Shown: positions 22,850 through 34,689 of the stretch, piece by piece
How the letters are laid out: each line of letters opens with the position of its first letter
Position numbering within the stretch: position 1 is the first letter of the stretch
Source: Takakia lepidozioides
Taxonomy: Eukaryota > Plantae > Bryophyta
Length of the DNA: 64,000 nt
Assembly: GCA_030704615.1 (NCBI GenBank)
Contig: CM060731.1
Coordinates: 7,998,001 to 8,062,000, forward strand
Direction of reading: 5' to 3'
The notes under the pieces: model-generated
Seen by the model: only the letters and a program-made list of their open reading frames with translations
Told to the model about the DNA's origin: nothing
Databases searched by the model: none
Position numbers and translations under genes: made by a program

Positions 22850-23780
22850 CGGAATTTCCAACGTAGAGGTAATTCGGAGCGCTGCAGGAATTTCCGTTCG
22901 GGGGTTGAAATATGACGGCCAGGTGCTGGCCTCTCCCCCCTCCCCGACTGCATTGGAACGGCCCCGGATGGAAATTCGGCGCCGTTTTTCCATTTGGGGA
23001 GGTTTTTACGACTTCCTTTGAGGGGGCCCCGATGGAAATTCGGCGCCGAATTTCCATCCGGGGGATGGTCTCTGTCGGAGAGGTGTCGGCCTCTCCGCCG
23101 CTCTGTTGGATATTCGGTGCCAAATTTCCGTCGGGGGGTCGAAATGTGACGGCCACGTGCCGGCCTCTCCCCCCTCCCCGACTGCATCCGAACCGCCCCG
23201 GATGGAAATTCGGCGCCGTTTTTCCATCTGGGGATGTTTTTATGCCGGCCAGTTTTCGGCCTAACCCCCCGACACGACTTTCTTTGGGGGGGCCCGGATG
23301 GAAATTCGGCGCCGAATCTCCATCCAGGGGATGTTCTCTGTCGCACGCGCACCGGCCTCTGCGCCCGAGGTGACTTCATCCGGGCTTCCCCTGTTGTATA
23401 TTTAGTGCCGAATTTCCGTCCGGGGGTTGTAATGTGAGGGCCAAATGACGGCCTTTCCCCCGAGCCGACTGCATCCGAAAGGCCTCGGATGGAAATTCGG
23501 CGCCGTTTTTCCATCCGCGTAGGTTTTTATGTCGGCCAGTTTTCGGCCTGACCCCCCGACAGGACTTCCTTTGGGGGGATCCGAATGGAAATTCGGCGCT
23601 GAATTTCCGTCCGGGGGATGTTCTCTGTCGGACAGGTGCCGGCATCTCTGCCCCAGACGACTTCATCCGTGCGGCCCCTGTTGGATATTGGGTGCCGAAT
23701 TTCCATTCGGGGGTAGTAATGTGACGGCACGGTGCCGGCTTCTCCCCTTCAGCCGTCATCATCCGGACGGCCCCCCACTT
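22850..23780. repeat. Intergenic array of palindromic GGAAATTCGGCGCCG motifs; ~287-bp higher-order unit of three ~95-bp subunits
   Basis: GATGGAAATTCGGCGC-type motifs at ~22967, 23031, 23201, 23297, 23488 and 23584; GTGCC(G/A)AATTTCC variants at ~23117, 23405 and 23692; perfect 28-bp palindrome at 23031-23058. Confidence 0.85.
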
Positions 23781-24010
23781 TTTGACTGCATACCGTTGGC
23801 AGTTATTGCGCAAAGACCAGGGGCCGCATTCCGGAGACAAGGTTCATTAACACTCTGACTGTGGATTTTTGAGATAGTTGGCTCCCTGGATTTGGATCAG
23901 GCTTCGTCGCTCGGACAAATCGGCACCGCATTCCTTCCCATCGCTGCATCCCCCTTCTACCAGGGAGCTTCCCCGCACGCCATCCTGGCAGTCTTGTGTG
24001 CACATCTCCC

Positions 24011-27000
24011 ATGGCGGAAAACCCGAGCGCTACAGTGTACTGCCCTCCTCACGAGCATAGAGCTTCATTTCCGTGTAGAGGGGACATCTGCCGGGTGATG
24101 GAGAAATATTTGTGCGTTCGATACCACCTGAAACTGGGGTCGGTTTTTTTGGAGGAGGAAAGGAAGGACTCAAACGGCCTTGTTGTCGAGAGTATTGTTG
24201 TGCTCCACGATGATTTCGGCGATGGCAGGGAATGGCGAGTTCCACCATCGGACAACGTCATATACAGGGCTGTTGGGGACTTCATTTGCCCGCCAAATGC
24301 ACCTTCTATCCTGGCGCCTTCCACGAAACAATCCGCGAATCAGAGAGTGGCTACCTCAAAGAGAGAAGTCCGCAACGAAGTAAATCCAGAGCCGAACCCA
24401 TCCATGAAGACGAGCGAGAACTGGGTTGTTCACAACCTGTCCGACTCAGACGAGGTCATGGAAGTTCCGAGGTCGTCCTGGAGATCAGGCAAGTCCTCAA
24501 TGGACGTCAGTGGAGGAGGGAGTCATATTCCCAGCACGAGCACCGCAGTTCGATCTATTCTTGAAATTCTGCGAGGGCTTCACCTGGAGGGACACCGGTC
24601 GGAGCTGGCCGGGCTGGACTACAGCAAGTTCGCAATTAAATCGGTTACATGCCTTCCCGCCGACGTCGACGGTAATATCTTCTTTGAGTTCCCTCCTCGG
24701 GCGGACTACTCGAGGGCGTCCGGAATGTTGACAAATATGGATAGAAAACATGATGGTCATCCTTGGTGCGTTACCAAAACCACCAGCATGAAGATGCTCG
24801 ATGGTGTGCGGGTGCGCTACGTTGTTTGTGCGGGCGCGTTGCGGTGTTTCTCCCCAACTTGCTTCCACTTTAAATCCAGAGGTCACAGGAACGAGACCGA
24901 TTGGACAGGCACAGCTCATCAACCATTTTGAGCTCAAGAGAAGGTTCCGAACTCCACATTTAAGTGTGCGCATTGCAAAGAACCATCACACTGCATGTCT
25001 GTTTGTAATGCCAAGCAGTTCTATGTGTTGCACCGTTTCCCTGACCTCACCCGAGCTTGCATACACGTTGGTTCCCATTGTCACAAATTGGCGAGGGGGA
25101 ACTCGCGGGAGGCTGCCCACGAGGCAGAGCAGCTCGTTCAGGAGGAGGTTAAGTTGAGACCGGGTGCCAAACCCAAACAGATACAGCTCCAAGCCGCCCA
25201 TAAGATGGCATTGGCCAGAATTATGTCGGAAGACGGCTCCGATAGAGTTCCTCTCGAGGAGAAGGAAATGGAGGCATTGCTGGAGTCGGTGTCCCACGTA
25301 TGTTCACCGAATGTCCGAAACCACATTGTCTTATGCAAACAGAAAATTGGGCGTGGCTCGGATATGCACTCCATTCTGGAGGTAAAGCGACGATGTGGAT
25401 ATGACTACATTCATGGAAGTAGGTTTCCAGGACAAGGGATTGAGGCAGATCGTTGTTTCGTATTCAAAATGTCCACGTGTGAACCTGGCAGCGGCTTCGA
25501 ACTGGTCGACAGGATGACGAGTGGGGACTTGTCAAACAGTTGGGTCATGTTCGACCATATCAAGCGAATTACAAATCACCAGTGGGTGACAATGGGTGCA
25601 CATGTCTACGACACCCACTGCAGGATGCTAATGACAATTGCTATTTGTGAGATGAAAGGAGAGGACACACAATCGGAGATGCTTCTTTGGCAGGGAATAA
25701 ACGAACAGATGGCCAAGGCGGGATTGCCCCCTCCCAATTTCCGTGGTTTCATGGCGGACAACGCACAAGCAAATTGGGCTGCCATCCGAAGGGTGTACGG
25801 GCAAGACCCCAATGTTCCCATGGAAGGAAAGGAGAGATCTTGTGGGTTTCATTTTCTGCAGAGCCTTTCGCAGTACACAACCAGGCTCGTGGCGCCAGAT
25901 TTCAGAGAGGAGCACCGTTCCATGTGCCTTGCGTGGAAGCGCGCTCCCACCTTGGATGATGCAGAGACACAGTTTGCATGTATACGGGCTTGGTGGACAT
26001 CGTCAGGTGCTGTAAGGAAATCAGACGAGGGAGCAATGGTCAGTTGGCTAGCATGGTGGCATTATCGTTTCCTCCAGTTCGGCGACTATATGCGGGAGGT
26101 GAGTTACACGAATTCGCGTCCCGTTGAATATTATTCTTGGCCATATTTGTAACTTGCTTGTAACCTCAACATGTGCTTGTGCAGGAAATGTGTCTCGACT
26201 CCGACACCGACATGCCCACGACAAACATGGCCGAATCAGTGCACTCTTCCTAGCGTGCCTCCTCTGCGGCGCATCTGGTGGACATCCTCACTGCCACAAC
26301 GGAGGACATTGTGAGGTCAATTATGCAGCAATGCAGGTACAACGAGTTCTTGAAAGGGAAACAGTGGGGCTTGGGGCCGGACAGGCAGGAAATGCTGATG
26401 CGGACTGCCTCTAGATCAAAGAATCCTCGGAAGTGGGCGGCGGCCTTGCGAGAGGGCCTTCGGGACACGCCATTGCTGCGAAGAGGCCAACATTTGGAAG
26501 GAGATGTTCATACCCATCCAGTGAGACGAAGACTTGACGAGGCACCTGGCGGAGAAGAGGATTCATGGCGAGCTGACAAGAATATTCGCACGCTCCCTCG
26601 TGGTCCGGTGATGTTGCCCGAGGAGGTCTCGTCGAGCACCGCAAGTCCTGCACGTTCAAGATCGCCATCTCCTTTGAGCACAGGGCGCGTGCCCCGGCAA
26701 CATAACGAGCCATCTGTAGTAAAGCAGTACAACATTCCCATTGTGGAGACAAGAGTGTCGGAGTCATAGTGGAGAATTGCGAAGACATTGCCGGCATTTC
26801 GAGGGAAGTGCTGCGCCATCCGGGTGGATACGAGAGCACGCTGTGGTGAGATGATACGGAGGAACCCACACGGTGCTGTACCTGCACCTTGTTTCAGCGG
26901 CAGATTTTTGACTCCCACATTTGCTCACGCCACAACGCAGACATTTTGGTTCTGTAGGCACGACATAATGACCTGTGTATTTGGCAAGCCCAAGTACGGG

Positions 27001-27603
27001 ATTCAGGGAATGCCGGAGCCTCCGGGCGTCTAGCCTGTTGCACGGGGTTGCAGCCTCTCTCAGAATGAGGCGGATGCTCTATCTGCAGCATGATTTCGAA
27101 TGGTGCAACGCACAGACATCCCGGCCCACGCATTTCCGGTTCCTCAGACCCAGCCATTGTAGACTGCTCGGTCCAGTAGAGACGGATTGGACAATTCTGC
27201 ACATCCCACAATGCGATTCGGAAGAGTGAAGAGACGACACCCTCCCAACAAGTTGAATGAGACTCGGATTGCCAATGCTCTTGGGATGGCTTGCACTATT
27301 CAGAGCTCCGTGGACGTACCCCCACCCGGCCTTGGGCGTGTGTATCGGATGGCAACGGCCGGCTCGGCTGTACGCGACGATGTATACACAATTACGATTG
27401 GAGTGGAGCCGACTTGCAATTGTACGGACTTCTCGTTGATGGAAGCAAAGAAGGGTTCGAAGTATTATCCATGCAAGCATCTGTATTACATTTACCTGAA
27501 GAGGTTGAGGATGAACGTGACTATTGATGACTTTATTCATGCACCGGCGTTGAGCGTGAACGAGCTGCACAAATTCCTCCTTAGGGATTCTAGAAATCAT
27601 TGA
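24011..27603 (+). pseudogene. MULE-like DDE transposase with N-terminal GCM/WRKY-like Zn domain and C-terminal SWIM finger; six in-frame stops
   Basis: Exons 24011-26098 and 26185-27603 (~1168 codons). HDGHPW..CAGALRC..C..CAHC..C..HVGSHCH; WVMFDH, GFMADNA, SCGFHF, TTNMAESVH (D, D, CxxH, E); CNCTDF..PCKHL. Stops at 24929, 26251, 26767, 27031, 27091 and 27160. Confidence 0.85.
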
Positions 27604-27749
27604 TGGGGCAAAGGGAATCCTCCATATGGATATTTTCAATTGCATTTTGCTGTATCAGACTTTTTTTTTGCAGTGTAATGAAATGCACCCCAAAACTCCT
27701 GGAATGAGGCAATATTCCATTCAAACTGAGATCCAACAGAAGCAGTTGT

Positions 27750-28115
27750 GGGCTGGAAAAATGGCGCCGAATTTCTCTTTTTGGGGCCGAAAACTGGCTA
27801 AGTCCCAACATGCACTGGTACCTGTGTCTGGGAAAATGGCGCCGAATTTCTCTTTTTTGGGCCGAAAACTGGCTAAGTCCCAACATGCACTGGTACAGTG
27901 TCTGGAAAAATGGTGCCAAATTTCCCTATTTTGCGTCGAAAACTGGCTAAGTCCGAACATGCACTGGAAAAATGGCGCCGAATTACCTGTCATGAGGGGA
28001 CCTATAGCCGCGGAATTCGGCACCATTTTTCGCCAGAGAGACCTATTACCGTGAAATACGTCGCCGTTTTTTCAGGTTACGGACCCTATTACCGTGAAAT
28101 TTGGCGCCATATTTG
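27750..28115. repeat. Subterminal array (~75-bp units) with the AAAATGGCGCCGAATTT and GGCTAAGTCC motifs
   Basis: Three clear units from ~27755 plus degenerate copies; both motifs are shared with the 95-bp intron array. Confidence 0.85.
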
Positions 28116-28280
28116 CACATGTCGCTGGGAATTGGCATGAGCGGAAGACGAAATATCATGAGCACAACTGTCAAAACTTCAATTTTCCCTTCAAGGGGCC
28201 GAATAATATATTTGTTTTTCCTGACACATTGCATTAAATTTTTTATTTTTTATTTTTTATTTTTTTTCGAAATTTGTACT

Positions 28281-28350
28281 TCTGCTCATGAAAACCGATT
28301 GTCTTACTACTCCGCTCATGCCGCTCATGTTCATGAAATAGCAAACCTCG
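28281..28350. repeat. Terminal inverted repeat (transposase-side end) of the MULE-like element
   Basis: TCTGCTCATG...TCCGCTCATGCCGCTCATGTTCATGAAATAGCAAACCTCG, homologous to 7770-7830. Confidence 0.75.
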
Positions 28351-30005
28351 GTGAATGGTAGCCAACAAGCATACGCAACTGACCTGGTGGATCACATTCC
28401 GGATGGTTTGCCTGTGCCTGATGTGCTCCCTTCCAATCTTCCAAGTGCAAATCCTTCACCCAAAGTTTCACTGTGGATCCTACGACCCCCAAATCATCCA
28501 GACTCTAGCTGTGACTAGCCACATCCCTTGTGACAAGATGAGAACTACAAAGGGAGTAAGAAACCACATCAGCTCCAGCAGGGGATTGCTAGTCCGTGAG
28601 CGGCTCACGTGAGCGGGAAGATGCGTGAGCGAGAAGATGCCAATCTGTGAGCGGAAAGATGCTCACGCCAAAGGGTGCATGGGCCTACAACCGCGGACGG
28701 TGCCGACCCGGGAGACGGAAATGTCATGCGTACCTGGATGTGCAGCTGATGAACGTTGGATGAATGTTGGATGGATGATGGATGATTGATGGATGAGTGT
28801 CGGATGAATGATGGATGATTTATGCATGAACCGATGAGTGACGGAGGAACAATTCTGGAATGGTTGAATGGCTGATGGTTGATGGATGGACATATGCTTC
28901 TGGATGCATGAACAATGGACATGCGTCTGTTTAAAGACTGGATGTATTATGGACCCACACAAAATGTATGAATGGACTTGCAAGTGCTGATGAAAAGTTT
29001 TATGTGGTTGAAATGTCTTATGGAGACAATGTTGGAAAGGGAGGCAAACACTGGACGGAATAGAAAAAAACCCCTCACAAACGATTTCATAGATATTCCG
29101 AAGCACGGCTAATCATTCGGAAAATGTCTATGCACTGGTGCTAGCACCCGATTCCGAAGCACTCATAGCATGGCAACTCCAGGACGGCAGGTGGGCTAGG
29201 GAAAAAGTCCGGGATAGCAAAGAAAGGGATACTTCCGCTCGTTTTTTGTGTCCTGCAAAGAAGCCCAAAGTTGCAAGACCAATAAGCAACAGGACAGCAC
29301 TGCGGAGGCAAGACCCAAAAAAAAAACAAGGTCAGAAATATGAAAAATCGTTAATGGCATCTACAACAAACCGGACTTACGTATACTCAAAGTCGGAGTC
29401 CACGTCGAGGTCTTCTTCTGGAACGTCCCGCTCATCGAAAACTGCTTCTTTGTGGGGGGCTGATGTTGAGCTGGAGGTGAGCTGTTGAAGCTCGCTAGAA
29501 AATAGCTCCGCATCCCCCTCCATGCCGAAGAAGTGTCTGTCGGCGCTCTTATAGGCATGGAATGTTGCACCTACAAATCCACAAAACGAATGGTAAAAAA
29601 ACCATGCACGATTACAAATTCAAGATCATACTGTGGACATTCAGGAAACTTGGGAGGGCTCACATGTTCCCAAAGACAAGTCCACCACCCGCCCCCCATG
29701 TCGGCTGCAAGTCTCCACCAGAGTCTGCATGAATGCTGGAGATTTCTCCCGAGCACCTCTCCAAGGGACACCATTCGTCCTTTTCAAAGCCGCCCGGAGT
29801 CCACGTAATTGAACAACACATCGTCCTCCATAGGCTCACAGGTGGGGTCGATGTGTGCTGCAAGGTCCCTCAACTGGAACTCCGCAATACCAGGATGTGA
29901 AAGTTATATTGTATCCTTTTTTGGTGCTTGGGTGTGTATTCGGTTTTGACATCATTAGTAGAGGTTATCAATTTGGACGATGCCCTACCTTGCACCATAA
30001 AAAAA

Positions 30006-32851
30006 ATGCTAGGACTTGGCACCGAGCCTGAATTGGCAGACACTGAATTGGGGGATAGTGAGAGCGATAGTGATGAGGACTATGATCCTGTGGAGGACGC
30101 GAGAGCAAACCCACATCATGCCAAAAATCCAGATACATGGGACTATTGTGATGACACTGGCAATGCTCGGCACGAACTCGGCCTGTACGACTTACCTAAA
30201 CGATGGCCTCCTGATCTAATGTTCAAAGATGATATGTGGAATTCAGAATCCACACAATTGCCAAAGGTTACATTCACTGGTCCTGTCCCCGGACCAAACC
30301 ATGAATTACCGGATATTGTTGCTCCTGTAGATTTCTTTAATTTGTTTTGGCCTTTGAATGTCATGCGACAGGTTGTGGTTATGACTAACATCTATGCTCG
30401 GACTCTCAACAACAAGGGCACATTGAAGGGAGGTAAGTGGTGGTATCCCCTAACTGTCAAGGAGCTGCGGGCTTGGTTGGGGGTGCACATACTAATGGGG
30501 ATAAAGAAGCTCTCTAATACTAGGTTGTACTGGAAAGAGGGTGATGAATTCTTAAAGTGCGGTACCATAATGAAGATTATGAGTAGGAATAGGTGGGAAT
30601 CCATCCTTCGCTACCTACTCCTTGTCGACAACCAGCTGATTTGTTATGACAGTGCTGATCCTACTTTTGACAAGCTTGCTAAGAGTAGGTGGTTGCTAGA
30701 TGCTCAGAATGAGTTATATGCCACGTACTATACCCCCGAGCAGAATCTTACCATTGATGAAATGATGGTCAAGTACAAAGGTAAGTATTCTTCCATACAA
30801 CAGTACATGTCTGAAAAACCAGTCAAATAGGGTATAAAAGTATGGAGTCTTGCCAATGCCGAGTCGAAATACGTGAGTAAGATGGAGGTGTACTTGGGAA
30901 AGGATGATTGTAATGACCTGACCCATAGTTCTGGATACTCTGTGGTAACAAGATTGTTGGAGGTCTTCCAAGGTAAGGGTCATATCGTGACCATGCAATT
31001 TTTTTTTTCTAGCCCTATACTATTCTATGATTTGGCAGCCAAATGCCACTACATGAAAAAGAGGGGGGGGGGGGGGAGAGGGGGGTTAGCGACGCCTACC
31101 CCCCCCCATGGCGCCTCTCCCGTGCGACGCCCCCGCCGCATCCCCATCGTGCGACGCCCCAGGCGTCGCATTGGACAAAAAATTAAAAACAAACGTCGCA
31201 GCTGGGCTGCGACGCACTGGGGGTCGGCCCCTGGTGCGACGCCCAGGACATCGCATCAAGCATCCATGAGATAAATATATATATATTTTTAAAAACGTCG
31301 TATTTTTTATATGAGTTTTTTTTAAAATAAAATAAAATTTATATAAGTCATTTTTAGTGACGCCCTGGGCGTCGCTTTTGAGTTTTTTTTTTTTTTTTGA
31401 TAAGTCATTTGTAGGCATCGCTAAAAAATAACTTGATCATTTTTTGGTTTCTGCAGTAGATGGTGCAGGGAAAGCGACGCCTCTGGCTTCGCTTACATTT
31501 GAGCGACGCGAGGGGTGTCGCTTTGAGGTCGCGACGAGCAACACTCGCATGAACTACTTTATATACAATTAAATCATGAGTTTGAGTGTAAGTTCAATAA
31601 CTGATATGTTGGTTAGTGTGAAGTTTTATTATGTGTATAATCTAGAGGTCAAGAGTTCAAATTTGTCTAACAATACGTTGAATGAATTAGGAACTCGATA
31701 TGTGTCGGCTACTTGCAAAAACATTTTCAAGGGTTAGGTTTGATACTACGTGGCAAGTGTGTGTCCTGCCATTTTTTGAACCATGTGCAATCCCGCATTT
31801 TTTTGAACTATGTGGATCCCGTCTTTTCTCAAAATTCAAAATTCAAAAAAACCTCAAAAGCGACACCCGGGGCGTCGCATTATAAAAGCGACGTCCCCCC
31901 CCCCCCCCCCCCCCCTCTTATTTTCCCCTCCTGTATGGCTATAGTGACGCCCCTAGCATCGCAGTCATTGCGACGCCTTGTGCGTCGCAAATGGGAATTT
32001 TCAGGGGGGTTGGATCTGCAACCCCCCTTGGCGTCGCCTTAAGTCCAAAATCTGCGACGGCCCCATAGCGACGCATGATGCGTCACAGATTTGCGATTTC
32101 CACGGGGCTGGAAATGCGCGATTAGCGACGCCTCGGGCGCCGCTAACCCCCCCCCCCCCCCAAACGGTGTAGTGGGCATTTACACCACTGACACTGCGAA
32201 GACTGTCCGCATAGGTTTTCCTTAAACCTTGGATTTGGGAAAGAATGGGGAGAGGGGCCAATTGGAGTACCGTATGTACATCAGTGGGAAGATGTGTGCG
32301 GTCTCTTGGTTTGATGCGAAATGTGTGAATTTGTTGAGTACAACAATTTCCCTTGTGGCTGCCAATTGTTTCATAGAGAGATGGCATAGAGGGGCTCGTC
32401 GGCTTATGCCCACTTCTCCTGTTGTGAAGCATTATCAAGAGATGATGAGGGGAGTGGACGTGCACGATCAACTAAGGGGGTACTATTCAGTTCAGACTCG
32501 TGACCATAAGTGGTGGCACAGGCTGTACTTTCATAGCGTGGACACCTCCTTGGTGAATTCATATGTGCTCTATGTAAAGTTCATGAAAGCTGAGGCCAAA
32601 GGCCCCCAACCCATTTGTTATTCAATATAGCGGTAGCAACGGGTCTAATGGAAGGGTGGGTTGGTCCCAAGAGAACAGTGATCCCCGGGGCGGATGTGCC
32701 AAACCCGGGGGCTCCTCATTACTCTATGAAGGCCCCGCGGAGGAGAAAATGTGTTGAATGTGGAAAGCGATAAAGGTACTATTGTGGTGTGTGTGGAGAT
32801 ATCTCTTGCTGTCTGGGATGCTGTTTTCTTGCACGTCACAGCCACGTCTAA
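30006..32851 (+). pseudogene. piggyBac (PGBD-type) transposase pseudogene
   Basis: PVDFFNLF..TNIYA, ELRAWLG, MSRNRWESILRYL, LTIDEMMVKYKG..YMSEKPVK*GIKVW, MRGVDVHDQLRGYY..KWWHRL, and a C-terminal Cys-rich domain (~32740-32840). Disrupted by stops, frameshifts and the CACTA insertion. Confidence 0.9.
31047..32174. mobile_element. Non-autonomous CACTA (En/Spm) element
   Basis: CACTACA...TGTAGTG termini; 3-bp TSD TGC/GGC (one mismatch); many GCGACGCC subterminal repeats in both orientations. Removing it restores piggyBac AAK-GIYTT. Confidence 0.88.
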
Positions 32852-34689
32852 AACCTGTAAGTGCAATGTGAAGTTGTGAGGGTATTGATTTTCCTTGATG
32901 TGGCATTCCCCTGCAGAGATCTCAACATTGTGCATGACGAGGGGGTGAGCTTGTCCAACACATCTAACCGTGTTGTTTATCTTTGTCTTTGCATGAACAC
33001 TCTGGTTTGCTTGTTCATGTTGATTTTGGCATGGAAACGATCCTACCAGAGTAGTGCTGGTTTTGTTTTGGGTAGTTTTATTTGTTTTTGTAGGAGTCGC
33101 TTGGCATGTCCTTTATCTCGGTCTTTGTTTTTTGCCTCTAATGGTGGGCAAGTTTGTATGTTTTTGCAGCTTCAATTTTTGGGACTGGAGCTGCAGCTAT
33201 GACAAGAGCTGTAGCGATGACATGAGGCTTCTCAGTAGGATTTTGGTTTAGGAATTGCAGCTATGATAGGAGCTGTACGTTTGTTTCTTTTCATATGTAT
33301 TTTCAGAGCTGCAGCTAGGACATGAGCTGTAGGAGTGATTGAGCAAGACTGTAGATGAAGTTGGAACCAGTGATAGATGCGGGGCTGCAGCTATGATAAG
33401 AGCTGCAGCAGGTCAGTCCTGCTTGGCCAGCAATCATCTACGTTTGTTTAGTGGTTTTGTTTGTCCCCTTTTTGTGTTTTGTTCATGTTGCATTGTGAGT
33501 CATGCTGTAGGTGTTAGTCCCCCAGCCAAGCGGGGGGTGCAAATAAGGATGGGGCATCCCCTGCGGGAATTCCCCCTCCTTGTATGTATGTGTGGGCTGC
33601 CAATGGGGAAGACTTTGTTGGGTTCAAATCCCACTTACACAAGGCTGTGGACAGGTTTGTGTGGGGCTGTTGGGCTGGCACATAGGTTGAGGTGGGTTCC
33701 CTTTGCTTGCTTGATTCTGTTTTTTCTGCTCAGAGGTCAGCTTTTTCCAAAAGATCAACATTACCCACTGGGCGCTTAGGGGTTAAGGAAAACATGACGT
33801 GATATACACGAAGGCTCTGCCATTGTTTTATTGATATGAAGTTTTAAGGAATGATTTATGGCTAACAAGGCATGACATATACTTAAGCCCTGTTGTTGAC
33901 TACCTAATTTGGTATTTAATAGCAGACCTATATACCAATACAACACTGGTCTCTATTTCTAAAAGCAAAAACCTAAAAATCATTAAAATAAAAAATAAAA
34001 ACACTAAAATATATGTACTATTTATTAGAGCATATTACATACATCTCTTCATATTATATTATGTCCTCATTCATAACTTATCACCTGCCTTTTTGGAAAA
34101 AAGAAATGGCATTGAGAACTTGAGTAGAACACATAAAGAATATGAGGAACCTCTGCGAGTCACTTGGGATATAAGCACATATTATCATTTGATCTATGAA
34201 TAGATGAGTATACATAACAATCAGCCATGAATAAAACACCTTAAAAACATAAGGAGCATGTGCCCAGCTGGGGAGCTATAAGGTACTTCATGCAAGGTTG
34301 AGAGGTTGGTAGCGAGTGAGCATGCTCACGTGAGCACAAGGGTGCCATATTCCCCGAATTCCCGGGAAATTTCCAGGAAATTTCCACAACGAAATGAAAT
34401 TGACAAAATAAACAATTATGCGAAACTAACACATAAAGAACAAGTAGCCCCTATACCTGATGAACACGGTACCCTATAGGCATGGCTTTTTCTCCATATG
34501 AGGCGGGAGAGTGGGCGGTGAGGCTTCACCTCAACTTTATGGTCCTTTCCCTTGCTTTAAAAAAATAAAAATAAAAATAAAAATCCCATGGATAATTTCG
34601 TCTGAGAAGGAATCACGAATAGGTCACTTTTCAAGCCCCCACCCATTCCTTTTGGATGTAGGATTTTTGGGTGACGGGATTTCTCAATG

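Larger units (their letters stand above)
21871..28350. mobile_element. Mutator-like TIR DNA transposon, copy 2 (transposase half; opposite orientation; decayed)
   Basis: Homologous to 1-1550 in inverted orientation; contains the full transposase pseudogene and ends in the TIR at 28350. Confidence 0.8.
28351..33782 (+). mobile_element. Decayed piggyBac-like transposon (left end not seen in window)
   Basis: Transposase pseudogene; right end ...CCCACTGGGCGCTTAGGGG|TTAA (TTAA at 33783-33786), similar to the TIR of the TTAA MITE at 35509. The left coordinate is only the MULE junction. Confidence 0.6.

Noticed and set aside
22714-23858. ORFs of 100-266 aa in the intergenic region
   Set aside because: They are translations of the GC-rich palindrome array and are absent from copy 1.
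24011-27603. Helitron/Replitron HUH or host FAR1/FHY3 gene
   Set aside because: No HUH-Y2 or helicase motifs; the D-D-CxxH-E pattern, TIR-like ends, two copies and stop codons indicate a MULE-like transposon.
28351-29900. Additional genes between the MULE end and the piggyBac ORF
   Set aside because: Only short ORFs and a GATG-rich low-complexity tract, with no recognisable motifs; possibly decayed piggyBac 5' sequence.
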